DNA from: Octopus vulgaris
Taxonomy: Eukaryota
DNA: 64,000 nt
Direction of reading: 5' to 3'
Assembly: GCA_951406725.2 (NCBI GenBank)
Contig: OX597815.1
Coordinates: 169,136,001 to 169,200,000 of the forward strand
Position 1 is the stretch's first letter, and each line of letters opens with the position of its first letter. Under the pieces are notes generated by a model that saw only the letters and a program-made list of their open reading frames with translations, ran no database searches and was not told the origin of the DNA. Positions 36,486-48,696 of this stretch are shown in pieces. Made by a program: the position numbers and the translations under genes.

Positions 36486-37506
36486 GTATGTTAAAGCTTA
36501 AGTTGGAAAAGCTCATGAAGCAGGAATGTGTTAAAGTAAATATAATCATAGTTTTATATGGATGTTCTGTTAGAACAAGCTATTCTGCAGTAGATACCAT
36601 GAGAGAAACTTGTATTGGCTTATGATGCAAAATGCACTCTTGACTATATCACTTGTGTTTATCATAATTTCTCCATTTGCTCTAGTTCTACATACAGTAG
36701 TAACCAAACTACTTGACTAGATGATGACAATCTGTGTTAGGCATTCTCAACCATTTTTTTGTCTATAGATTCCTTTGATTGTTGTTTTATTCTGGGAACA
36801 CCCCTAGCCATTTGATGGGTCTTAAGTTTCATAGAAACTTCCTTTGAAATTCCGATTGTTTTTCACACATTAACTTGGATTGGTTGACCTTTGTAAAATG
36901 TTACAGAAAGAAACCTCGCTGTTTCTTGCAATACATAAACCTAAAACGAAATCTTTCAAGGCCCCTTGAAATACTATTGTGGATCCCCAATTTACTATTC
37001 TCCTGTGTGGACCTCTAAAAATCTTATGGATCCCAGTTGAGAACCACTAATCTATATGAAGCTCTAAACTCAATAGTTGCAGTTACACATTTAATTGTAC
37101 ATACAAGATATACCCTGTATATATATATACAGACACACATATTTATATATGAGCACATCCAAGACTGTCCTTTTCCATACTAGCATATCAACTATGGAGA
37201 ATTCTTAATTCTTGAGATTATCTCCCCTTGTCATGTGGAGCTGTTATCTATTGCCTTTTAGTAATTGTGATTCTCTATAGCAGAGATAATTTTAATACAT
37301 CGAGAATTTATGTGGTATCGTATTTGTTTATGTATTTAAATATATATATATATATATATATGGCGTTAGGAAGGGCATCCAGCTGTAGAAACTCTGCCAG
37401 ATCAAGACTGGAGCCTGGTGCAGCCATCTGGTTCACTAGCCCTCAGTCAAAATTGTCCAACCCATGCTAGCAAGGAAAGCAGACGTTAAATGATGATGAT
37501 GATACA

Positions 37507-37886
37507 CTAGCAGTATAGCCCGGTGTTGCTTGGGTTTTGATTTCTTTTCAACCCTTTAGAATTGGAATTTTTGAAAAGTAAAAATTTTGCATTATGTAGC
37601 TTGTTATTCTCTTTAAGTGAACATTTTTCTGGTTGAAATACACTGAAAAATGGCGACACAGCAGCAAAAAAAGTAGGGATTTTCATAGAAAAAAAAAAAG
37701 CACCTTTTTGATGTAAATAATTTTTGGTCTTAACATGGTCCGATTTGAATTTTTTCTTCTATGGAATGAAGAGCAAACCTTCTATCATACTCTCAATTTT
37801 GGTCAACTTGCGCTGCAGGGTCTCGGAGGAGATAGTGTTAGTTGAAGGCTGCCAATCACAGACAACTTCAACTTTACATATATAGA
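37507..37886 (-). mobile_element. Non-autonomous Helitron (related 3' end)
   Basis: TC...CCCAAGCAACACCGGGCTATACTGCTAG ends on the minus strand. Confidence 0.72.
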
Positions 37887-38942
37887 TTAGTGACCTTAGA
37901 CTCTAGGCCAGAAGGATGCTAAGAAATAAACCAATCTGGAAAAGAAGGATTTGGAAGCTTAAGGACCCTTCATATGGTCAGAGATTTAGTGACATCCTAA
38001 TTGAGAAATTCAGTGAAAGAGAGGAGGAGGTACAGATTTGTGACATAGAGAGCAACTGAGGGGACAGCTTGCTGAGTACCACAGAGCAAATGTGTAACTG
38101 GTGTAAAGTCCCATTCAGACCTAGGGTGGTGGTGGAACAATGTGGTAGACAGCCATTAGAGCTAAGAAACAGGCCTGGAAGAATGTGGGTAGCAGGGAAC
38201 TGTACCAGATTGCCAGAAGGGATGCTAGGAGACAAGCATGTCTAGCCAAGGGAGAAGCATGAAAGAAGTTTGCCTATGTTCAGCGATGTGAAGACCTTTG
38301 GGGATGTGCTGTGCTTGAGAGGACCCATCAATCCACATGCACCCGTGCTGGAGGTATGTAAAGAACACCTTTTAAGTGTTGGACCTCACAGGCAAAGTGG
38401 CTGAGTTCCTTTCAAGCATTGGGCCTCATGGAAGCAAAATGGCTGAGCTCCTTTTGAGTGTTGGGCCTCAGAGGCAATGACTGAAACCTTTGGCATTATG
38501 TTGTGCTTGAGAAGACCCATCAAACTAAGCAAGATTACAGTCGTGACAGATACTGGTGTCATGCAAATGGGCACCCATGCTGGTGGCACGTAGAAGCACC
38601 CATTACAGTCTTGGAGTCGTTGGTATTAGGAAGGGCGTCCATCTGAAGAAAACTTTGCCAGTATGGACAATGGACGTTAAATGATGATGATATATATATA
38701 TATATATAGGGAAAGTTTACGAAAAAGACGAAGACAGGTGGTGTACAAAGCAGACAGATGTATTAGTATAACGCTCAGGAATAGAAAAAGTCTTTTGTTT
38801 CGAGCCTACGCCCTTCCACAGAAAGGTACACAGAAAAAACAAGGAGAGAAAAAAAATGTGTGTAGTGGCTAACGATCTATCATGGGGAAAGTAATACTTT
38901 GGTCATAGAATCCTCTCATATACACGTACACACACACACAAG

Positions 38943-38996
38943 ATAAAACAAGAGTTTCGGATGCTGAGGTGGAAATCCACGCCACCATCTATTCAT
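38943..38996 (-). ncRNA. Degenerate sister hammerhead copy
   Basis: AUGAAUA (2 changes from CUGANGA), a homologous 31-nt stem II and GAAACUC; stems I and III have decayed. Confidence 0.6.
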
Positions 38997-39097
38997 ATTA
39001 CATTTAAAGGTAAATTCCTCTATCTACATAATATTCTTTCTTTTGTTATCTTACTGTTTTTATCAATATATATATATAATATGTGACAATTAGTTGG

Positions 39098-39172
39098 TTG
39101 TCATAATAAAACTCAGAGTTTCGGATGCCGAGGCTGAAGTCTGCTCCGGCACCTCATCAGTTATTAAGACAA
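39098..39172 (-). ncRNA. Type I hammerhead ribozyme with intact catalytic core
   Basis: Minus strand reads UUGUCUUAAUAA-CUGAUGA-[31-nt stem-loop II]-GAAA-CUCUGAG-UU-UUAUUAUGACAA. Stem I pairs 11 of 12 bp, stem III is the near-palindromic ACUC-U-GAGU, and the cleavage triplet is GUU. Confidence 0.8.
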
Positions 39173-39301
39173 ATGGTATGAGAAAAAAACCCATTGAATA
39201 GAAGGAAATTACTCCAATAGGCATGGGGAAAGTAATACTTTGTTCATAGAATCCTCATATACACACATACACGTACGCACACACACATGTATGTATATAT
39301 A

Positions 39302-39659
39302 TCTATATATACGTTTGTGTAACAGATATTTTGGTTGGATTATATAGTCATTGGTGTTACATTACTTTCTATATTCCGTAACTGTCACAATATACTTTTC
39401 TTTGCCTGAATTTTTTTTTTTTTGTGTGTGTGTGTGTGTGTGTGTGGGGGGGGGGGTAATCAGTTGATTAGATTGATCCCCAGTACACAACTGATACTTA
39501 ATTTGTTGACCCCGAAAGGATGAAAGGCTAAGTTGATCTCGACAGAATGTGAAGATAGACGGGCATAATATACAAACATTTCTCATGACACCAGTACACT
39601 GTTTACAGATGCTTACATTTTTTTAATGTTTTCCGTGAATTTTTCACGGGTCCAGCTAG
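39302..39659 (+). mobile_element. Helitron-like element with nested SINE fragment
   Basis: A|TC start, CCGTGAATTTTTCACGG hairpin ~10 nt before CTAG|T. Confidence 0.55.
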
Positions 39660-39949
39660 TATATAAGTATTGTGGTTGTTTATTCCCAGGTCAGCGCTGA
39701 TCTTGCACACCTATGATCAAGAGCATTCCAAACGTGACCATCTTGTTTTTTGTTTTTATGATTATACCATATATCTAGTACTGCATTACTCATTAAACTG
39801 CAAATTATTTTTTTGTTTTTTTTTTAATGATAGCTAGGTGTGGTGTGAAAATTATATCCTTTTACCTGTTTCAGTCATTAGAGTGCAGTCATGCTGGAGC
39901 ACCGCCTTGAGAAATTTTAGTTGATTGAGGAATTTTAGTCAATTATTAC

Positions 39950-39987
<38 letters not shown>

Positions 39988-40842
39988 TTAATCGACCCCA
40001 GTACTTATTTTTGCTGAACTGCTAAGTTACAAAGATGTAAACACACCAACACTAGTTATTGATTGGTGTGGGTATATACATGTGGGGGAACACACACACA
40101 CACATATATTATATATATATGATGGGCTTCTTTCAGTTTCCATCTTCCAAATCCACTAATAAGGCTTTGGCTGGCCTGAGGCTATTGTAGTGAGACTGAA
40201 CCCATGTGGTTGGGAAGCCAGCTTCTTACCACAGAACCATGTATGCACCTATTTCTCAATTATTTTTCAGCAGGTCAAGCAACCATATAGTGACTACTTC
40301 ATTGGCACAAATAACTATCAGTCTCGCTCTGAGTGGATTTCATTCTGTGTCAATGAAAGAAACAAGTATCATTATTGAGATACTTATATGGAAGAAGTGG
40401 CAATGTAGCAAATAACTAAATACTAAACAGGATTTAGTTTCCTCCTTTAAGACCAGAGATTCTAAAATGATGCTCATGATATACCTTAAGGTAACGGACA
40501 AGGATTCTGGATTATTTTTCCAGTTTTAATTTTTGAGGCTTTGGTCGGCCTGAGGCTATTGTAGAAGACTAAGGTGCCATGTAGTGAGACTGAACCAAAT
40601 AGTATTGAGGTGCACTCAGGTATTTAAAAATATATAAGTTAAAGCTTTAGAAGAGCTATACTATTACTAATGTTTGTATGCTTTGAAAAACAAAATTATA
40701 TGTGAAATTATGATTAATAAAATAAGGGTGTTGTTATATTTGGTGGGTGGTCACATTTTGCTAATTCAACCCATGCACTGGCAAGGTCACAGGATGTGTA
40801 ATGAAAGGACTTAGACAAAGACACTAAAATAATAACAATGCC

Positions 40843-41197
40843 AAGAGCACTCATAGAGCGCAAACCTCCACCAAGGCAACAACAAAGTCCTCTCAATGAT
40901 TAGCTGGGGATGATTTTAAAAACGAGAATATCTGAAATAAACTTGACTGCTTTCACAAATGAAAATGAGAAAACTGAAAATGAACCTGACCACTCTTAAA
41001 AATTAAAACCGGAAAAATAATCCTGAATTCTTGTCCGGTACTAGATTGATCACAAAAATTAACCAGTTCATGCCAGTCATGAGGCCAAACATCTCTGAAA
41101 GTTTCATCCGAATCTATCGAATGGTTCTTGAGATATCTTGTCCACAGACAAACAAACACAACTGAAAACAATATCTTTGCTAATGTGGAGGTAATAA
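40843..41197 (-). mobile_element. Helentron/DINE-like (HINE) non-autonomous element
   Basis: Minus strand starts TTATTACCTCCAC, has a GTTT/GTCT microsatellite, and ends GTGGAGGT plus hairpin GCGCTCTATGAGTGC (subterminal inverted repeat plus 3' stem). Confidence 0.6.
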
Positions 41198-42204
41198 TCC
41201 TTTCTGCTAAAGGAACAAAGCCTGAAATTCGGAGGAAGGGAAGCAGTTGATTACATCGAGTTCAGTGTTTCACTGGTACTTAATTTATTGACCCCGAAAG
41301 GAATTTGAACTCAGAATGTAGTGATAGGTGAAATACCTATTTCTTTATTACCCACAAGGGGCTAAACAGAGAGGACAAACAAACAGATTAAGTCGATTAT
41401 ATTGACCCCAGTGCATAACTGGTACTTATTTAATCGACCCCGAAAGGATGAAAGGCAAAGTTGACCTCGGCGGAATTTGAACTCAGAACGTAGCGGCAGA
41501 CAAAATACCGCTAAGCATGCTAACAATACTGCCAGCTTGCCACCTTAATAATAATAATTCTTTCTACTGAATGCACAAGGCCTGAAATTTTTGGGGAGGA
41601 TGAAGTCTATTACATCAACTCCAGTGTTCCACTGGTACTTAATTTATTGACTCTGAAAGGATGAAAGGCAAAGTCGACCTCAGCAGAATTTGAACTCAGA
41701 ATGTAGCAATGGGCAAAATACCTCTAAGCATTTTGTCCAGCGTGCTAACAATACTGCCAGCTCATCATAATAATAATCCTATCTACCAAAGGCACAAGGC
41801 CTGAAATTTGTGGAGAGAATAATAATAATAATAAAGCTGAAGTGAAGATTAAGTATGTATAGAATATGACCATCCCCATGTATAACAATATCTGTTTCAA
41901 CATGATTTCACATCAAGAATCTTGCAGAACAATTACATAAACCTAAAAAATAAGGGTGGCTATTTGCAATACAAATGTTTTTCACTGTTTTTCTATATAT
42001 CAAAAGTGGCAAAATTTCATCTATGTGGCTTGTTGTGAGTACATACCATTGACAAGGCCCAATGAGGCCAAAATGCATTTGGCATTCTTGTATAGTTGCT
42101 GTTGGGATGATTTTTGTCTCCCTTTCACATATATATATATATATATATATCTGATTGTTGCCAGAGCAACAAGCTGGCCTCTGTGCTGATGGCACCATTC
42201 AAGC

Positions 42205-42549
42205 ATGATCATACCTGCATCACTTTACTGGCACTTGTGCTGGTGGCATGTGAAAAAACATTTAAGCAAGGTCATTGCCAGTGTCGCTGGACTGGCTCCT
42301 GTGCAGGTGGCACATAAAGAGCCCCATTTGAGCGTGGCCACTGCCAGTACTACCTGACTAGCCCTTGTGCCGGTGGCACGTAAAACCATCCACTACACTC
42401 TCGGAGTGGTTGGCGTTAGGAAGGGAATCCAGCTGTAGAAACTCTGCCAGATCAGATTGGAATCTGGTGCAGCCATCTGGTTTGCCAGATCTCAGTCAAA
42501 TCGTCCAACCCATGCTAGCACGGAAAGCAGACGTTAAACGATGATGATA
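42205..42549 (+). mobile_element. LINE(RTE)-3'-end-derived repeat with (GAT)n tail (representative copy)
   Basis: GGTTGGCGTTAGGAAGGGAATCCAGC...CCAACCCATGCTAGC...GACGTTAAACGATGATGA. More than 15 copies on both strands (e.g. 758-1051, 1592-1990, 12545-12860, 37360-37503, 54015-54238, 62982-63190). Confidence 0.75.
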
Positions 42550-43016
42550 TATATATATTATTTGTTTTTAAACACAGTATGTTCATAAGGGATGCTATGT
42601 CTGGACATATACTTAAGTAAATTTACCTTTTAATGATGTATTTACTTTAACTCTTTTGTATTCAGATTACTGCCGAATGTAATGCTTATTTATTCACATT
42701 GTTTGGAATTAATCCTGCATTATCTTGTAGCTTTGAGATTTCTGTGATGTGGGGAATATCATTGTGTAGGTATAAGAGGCTAGATTTGGCTGGTTTCAAC
42801 ATAAAGGAAGTAGAACATTTAGGCCAAATATGGCCAGTTTGCATACATATATTTGGCAATAAATCTTTAGTTAAATATATTGAATGAGAATATTATATAC
42901 TGAATTTATATCGAGTGCTCTATTGTATCAAAGTATTAATACTATTAAAGTATTTATATATTTAATACGAGCGATTATATATATTTTATAATATATTATT
43001 ATTAATATATAATATA

Positions 43017-43400
43017 CTAGCAGTATCGCCCGGCGTTGCTCGGGTTTGTAAGGGAAATAACTATAAGCATTTTTAGAGATTTATAGCCAAAAAATAGCAA
43101 AAAATATGTATTAAAAATGGAAAAAAAATGATGGTAAATTTTTTAAAAAACGTTGACTCATTGTAGACATTTTTAGAGAGTTACTTCCCTTATATAATAG
43201 CGAAAAATGCATTAAAATGGAAAAAAATGATGGTAAATTATTTTTAAAATCGTAGACGCGCGCTAATACCCAGAAGGGCTCGATATGAATCACGACTATA
43301 AGATACCCGGTTTTGGTTAAACTGCACCGCAAAATGTGGTAGTAGTTAAGAATCTAAATCGTAGGAGACAGACACACAACTTCACTTTTATATATAAAGA
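43017..43400 (-). mobile_element. Non-autonomous Helitron
   Basis: 5' TC and 3' CTAG ends, subterminal hairpin CCCGAGCAACGCCGGG, inserted between A and T; internal tandem duplication. Confidence 0.8.
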
Positions 43401-44659
43401 TATGCATACATACACATATGCATACTTTGAAGAGTATGTGGTGTTACTTAATTGTACTGTTATTTAATACTCAGTGTGAAATTGATTGATAAAATCGGGC
43501 GAAATGGAGCTATAATACCGTATACTTTAATATATCTACTCTATTGACATATATATGTAGGTGCATGTTTTTTTTCCTGACTCATGAATTCTTAGACAAC
43601 TTTCATATGTATATGCGTGTGAATGTTTACATTCTGTCATTCCATATATAAAAAATAGCAGAGCTGTAGACGGTGATGTTTGTTGTATTTCCCTGTAAAC
43701 AAATAGTCCAGGAGCTCTGCACTTTTGACGAGAAGTAGAATAAAAACTCTTAACTTGAATGTATCCTTGGAATGGAGACTTGGTTTGAATACTTGCAACA
43801 GAGTTAACTCCCTTAGAAGCATCTTAGAAACTGGGCAATTGATTGAAGCTACTGCCCAAATAGACCATGGCAGGTTAGAAAGAACAGGGACCCAATAAAT
43901 GTGCTATTGTTTATCTGTTATAAGGAATGTTTGCTTACTCACAAAGTTATTCACTCAATATGTCTGTAGATTTTTCTCTGTTTATGTTATGACTTTCTGT
44001 AAAGGGTGGTTTGTCATGTTCACTTTATTACCTCAATAACATTATTGTCATTTCGTTTTTGGATTTGGTTTGCAAGATTCTTTATGTGAGTTGGTGTGTT
44101 GAAGCATATTCTGTTGTGTCTGGGGAGAATCATTTTCTTTTTGTGCCTTATAATTTAACACACTGACCAGTAAAATTTCATTTCAATTAAGAAATGATAG
44201 ATCTGGTATTATATAAATTAGTCCTCAAGTTATGACTGGATATTTCAACCAATTATTAATAGCATTTCAGAAAAAGAAACGAGAAAAAAAAAAGAAGATA
44301 AAGAAAAAATTTCCCTTTGATTTTGATTTCAAATAATCATTACAGCAATCAACAAATCTGCTAGTAAGAATATTGTAAAACTTTAATTCTTGTTAATTTG
44401 TCTTGTACAGAAAGAGAGAGATTCTGGTTGATAATGGAAAGATATTTGGACATGCTCAGCTGCAGAACTGATGTAATCTGGCACCACTGGACATTGGCAG
44501 TTGCGACACAAGGAGATAAAATGGATTGTTGGTTTCGTAGCTGAAAGGCTAGGCTCTACAGAAGTGCTGCTACCAAAGCATTTGCTGCAAAAATAACTCA
44601 CAGATAACTGTTTTATCACATCAAATGGTGAGGGGGAATCTTCAGCTGCACATCCCTGG

Positions 44660-46458
44660 CAACTTATAAATCAAAACCTTTATTTATACAATTTATAATA
44701 ACGCTATGGGAGGAAAAGGAAAACATAATTTTTTTTTTTTTTTAAATAAAAAGAATACAAATTTGGATAACAATGAAATAGTGTGTAAAAACTTTAATGC
44801 AAACACACAAAACACATTAAAAAAATCACACACAGCTGTCAGTGAGTATTCTGAAGAAGTGATGATGCAGCAAGAGGGAAGCACACTGCTCCAATGTTTC
44901 AGCCTCCAGCAGTTGTCACTCTTAACAAAGCTAACCAAACGGTATTAGCAGCATCACCAAGGCATTATTATTATTAATTTTTTTCATACATTTCCTCAAG
45001 TAAAATAAAATAAAAATAGAAGGGGAATTTTTAATGGTTTCATTTGAAATAATGACTATTGCTATATATTTTGTTCATAGTTTTAATGTTATTAGGAATA
45101 TTTCCTGCCAATCTGTAGCAAAAGTCATATAAATTCCTTGACCTGTTTGAGATGTCATGTTTTATCAACAGTCATTTAACTTGTAAAACATGGAAAAGTT
45201 TTTATCATTTTTATGGTTTTTCTCTTCTAATCCAACAGGTTGCTGTTGGTTAGGGCAAGGTTAAACCCTCCCGCCCAAATATACCAACATTATTGAAGGT
45301 TTTGGTATGTCATCCAACTAGAAAAATATGGCATATTTGTAGTGCATATATCCTGCTAATCTGCTGGCAGAAATATTAGAATTAACAAAATAGCACAAAT
45401 ATCAAGTTTTTATAGATGTTTCAGAGATAGAATTTCAGTCCTTTATTAGTATAATAATAATAATAATAATAATGATAATAATGGTAGTAATAATAATAAT
45501 AATAAATAAAAATAAAATAAAACAAGCTGCCTAAAGGCCCTTTCATTATTGTTAACTGCTTTGTGACAGTCAAATATGTTATACAAGTAATCTCAAACTG
45601 GAAAAGGAAATGCCATAATCATTTTCCAAATTATGAAAAGAAAATATTACAATGTTAATTACTGCAGCCATTGAAGTTTTATCTTCAAAGTAGTCTGCTA
45701 TCAGAAAAACCAAGTGGAAAATAAAAGCAAACAGACAACTAACAAAGACAAACAATAACAACTATAATCCACAACCCTTTTCATGTGTGTTTAAGACAGG
45801 GAAAAGGAGAGAGAGAGGGGGGGGAGAGGATGAAGCATCAGTTCATTTTCTCATTTTCTTTTGAAGAACAAAAATAAAAGTGGATAAACTGTAAATATTA
45901 AAACTAATAAAAAACAAAAATGAAAACAAACTAGGTTAGTTTATCTTGTTATTTTATAAATGGTTTGATTGACTAACAGAAGCTAAATAAAATGATTATT
46001 CCAGAATAACTTGATAACTTGAAATTATTTTGTAACAGCATCAGGGTTTTATACAAGTTGGAAAGAGAACCATATTAAACATTGGTTTAAGAACCAATAT
46101 TAAACATTGATTTTAAATTCTTATTTGTAAACATAAAAAGCAAAACTAGCCAGATTATTGCTCTCTTAGAATTAGATGAAATGATATAAATTGCCATTAC
46201 TGAAGAATTAATTGTCTAGTGATTGCAACAACAGGTAGGCCAAAAAATACTGATTGAGTTAATCAAGTTAATATTTTAGGAATGAGATGGGTGGTTGGGG
46301 AAAATATACATAATGGCAACCAACAGCAGTTTTCCTGAGTGAAGTACACAACCAGATTCAACCCTCTAAGGAATTGGCATTTATCATTTGTTGTCGTTAA
46401 CTAAAATATAAGCAACAATGACAAGGAGTTAAGTATTAGTAATTATAAACACCAGCAA

Positions 46459-46501
<43 letters not shown>

Positions 46502-47479
46502 ATAAAACCCTGTAAATATGGCATTGTATTTTCAGTCTTGAACACGTCCACCAGAAGAAATGATTCACACAAAATGTCCCATATTTCTAAAAGAGTTCTT
46601 TTTTTTATAGCAAGGATCATAGTTGCATTAAATTTCTTGTAATACAGCAAGGCCTCCAACAATTTCTTCTAATGGGTTTATTCTGATAGAAGATAAAATT
46701 TTAATGGCTGTCAACTTAGCAATGTCCAAACTGGTATAGAAACACCAGGTACAAGATATAACGGTGGGTATCAACTTAAAAAAAAAATGCACTTAACACA
46801 GAAAATTTCAAAAAAAAAAAATTCCAAAAACAAACAAAATAAATATAATAGAGAGAGGAAAACTCAGTGAGTAATGAATATTAAAGATAATCTAGATATC
46901 TATGTATCAAATGTTTAAAATGTAATAAAGGCAAACTGAAGTGAAGAAAAATCTGCAGAAATTAATTTTAGGGAAAAAAAATGATGCAGAAACAAATAAA
47001 TTCCTAATAAAATGGAACATATACAAAATAAGAGGAATATTGTAAACATATTCCTGCCCCCTATTCAAAGAACTGTATTTATGTTGGGAATAGGGAAGAT
47101 ATTGTAAACATCATCTGTTGAAAGAGTAGTTCAAGTAATTATTACAATTTGCTGCTTCTGTTGCAGTGAAGGGAAATGTTTCATCTATTTTAAGAAGCAG
47201 AAGTGTCAATGAATTCCATAGAGCCCTACAATGATGAATGGTCATAAAGTAATAATCTTTGCTTGGTTAGCATCACTAGAAGTGAATTACATATGTTACA
47301 TTTCTAATCCAAGTCTGTGTGTGCAGAAGGAGAGATTCTGGTGTCCAGTAATGAGAAATGAACAATCCATTGTCCAGTACAGCATGATAAATAGATTATC
47401 CATTATCCAGCAGAGCATACAAAAATGGTAATCCAGTGTCCAACAGAGTTAACAAAATTTGATCACAATGAGTAAAAAT
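44660..47479 (-). other. Probable ~2.8-kb 3' UTR of the TBC1D12/14-like gene
   Basis: No recognisable transposon; U-rich on the minus strand; TGTATA-AATAAA signal (AATAAA at 44684-44679). Confidence 0.6.
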
Positions 47480-47682
47480 TCAAAAGTAGTCTGATCGCTC
47501 TCTTGCTTCTCGATGTCCAGCAAGTACTTGAGCAAATTTCTTTTTATCAATAGACAACCGAATTGCTTGGACACTGCGAAACAATTGGTCTGAAGATATA
47601 TCCTCTGGCAATTTGGTAAGGAACTGGGCAAGATGGATGAAATCCATTTCAAGAAGAAGATTTTGGTAGAGGTGTAAGATCC
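47480..47682 (-). CDS. TBC1D14: TBC1D12/14-like terminal coding exon ([29 protein letters not shown]...RSDYF*)
   Basis: [16 protein letters not shown] motif; TGA at 47482-47480. Confidence 0.94.
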
Positions 47683-47769
47683 CTGAAATAATTTAAAAAT
47701 ACAGTTGGATTAAAATGAAAATAAAGATTTGAAAACTGAAATATTATGTACTATCACAGTCCTTGATAA

Positions 47770-48250
47770 TAATATAATAATAATGAACTTATTGTATACA
47801 ATGCTCAGATGCACCACAACTTGTCAAAAGTGGGTATAAAGCATATGCAGTAATGTACAGATGTCTGGAAAGTGAACAGTGTGAGTCAGATACATGCTTG
47901 CATGTGTATGGAGGGGAGAAAATCAGGTGTAGTGTTGGTGAATCTCGGGAAGCATGGAAGTTTTGAAGGACGCAGTGCTCTGACAACTAACAACTGATGC
48001 TGGCAGTTTGTTCCATGCTTCAGCAACTCTTAGCGTGAAAAAATGTTTCCGAAAGTCATGGGAGCTGTGTTGTTTTCTGACTTTGTAAACATGTCCATGG
48101 GTGTTAGACTGATGGAGTTTGAAAAGGTGCTCAGATTTATTGTTTGTAAGATGGTTAATAATTTTATGGGTGTCGTCAAGTCAGCTGCTAGACGTCGGAC
48201 TTACAATGTATCCATGCCCAGGGAAGTAAGGCGTTCAAAATATGGCAAAT
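47770..48250 (-). mobile_element. CR1/L2-like LINE 3' fragment
   Basis: Minus strand encodes ERLTSLGMDTL-VRRL and HFFTLRVAEAWNKLPASVV, with a TTA-rich tail. Confidence 0.7.
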
Positions 48251-48696
48251 GATAATAACAAATAAAAACTTTTGAGAAAGAAAAGTACAATATATACTGG
48301 AGGTTTTAAATTTACAACAGATTGTTTGAAGTCACACTAAATTCCAGTGTTAGCATTAGTATATTTTAATAAAAGGTAATATTTATTACAGAGATGTACT
48401 TGCATAGCAAGTGACCTGATCTGAGATCGTGTGCTGAAACGAAAACAATTGCAGCGTGGAAGGTGTTTATAAGCCATTTAAGAAACACACAAAAACCATT
48501 AGATTCAGCACAGAATTTTGTCAGTGTCAGTCATAGGTGTATATTTAGATAAAAGAGGAACAAAGAGAAATTAAGAGAATTCTAATGAAGTGATTAGACC
48601 ATGTCACAAAGATAAACTGGATCCTGACTTCAAAAAACTATTCCCATACACCATACTGGTCTATATCTTGATTTACACAAAGTGAAAATTACTCAC

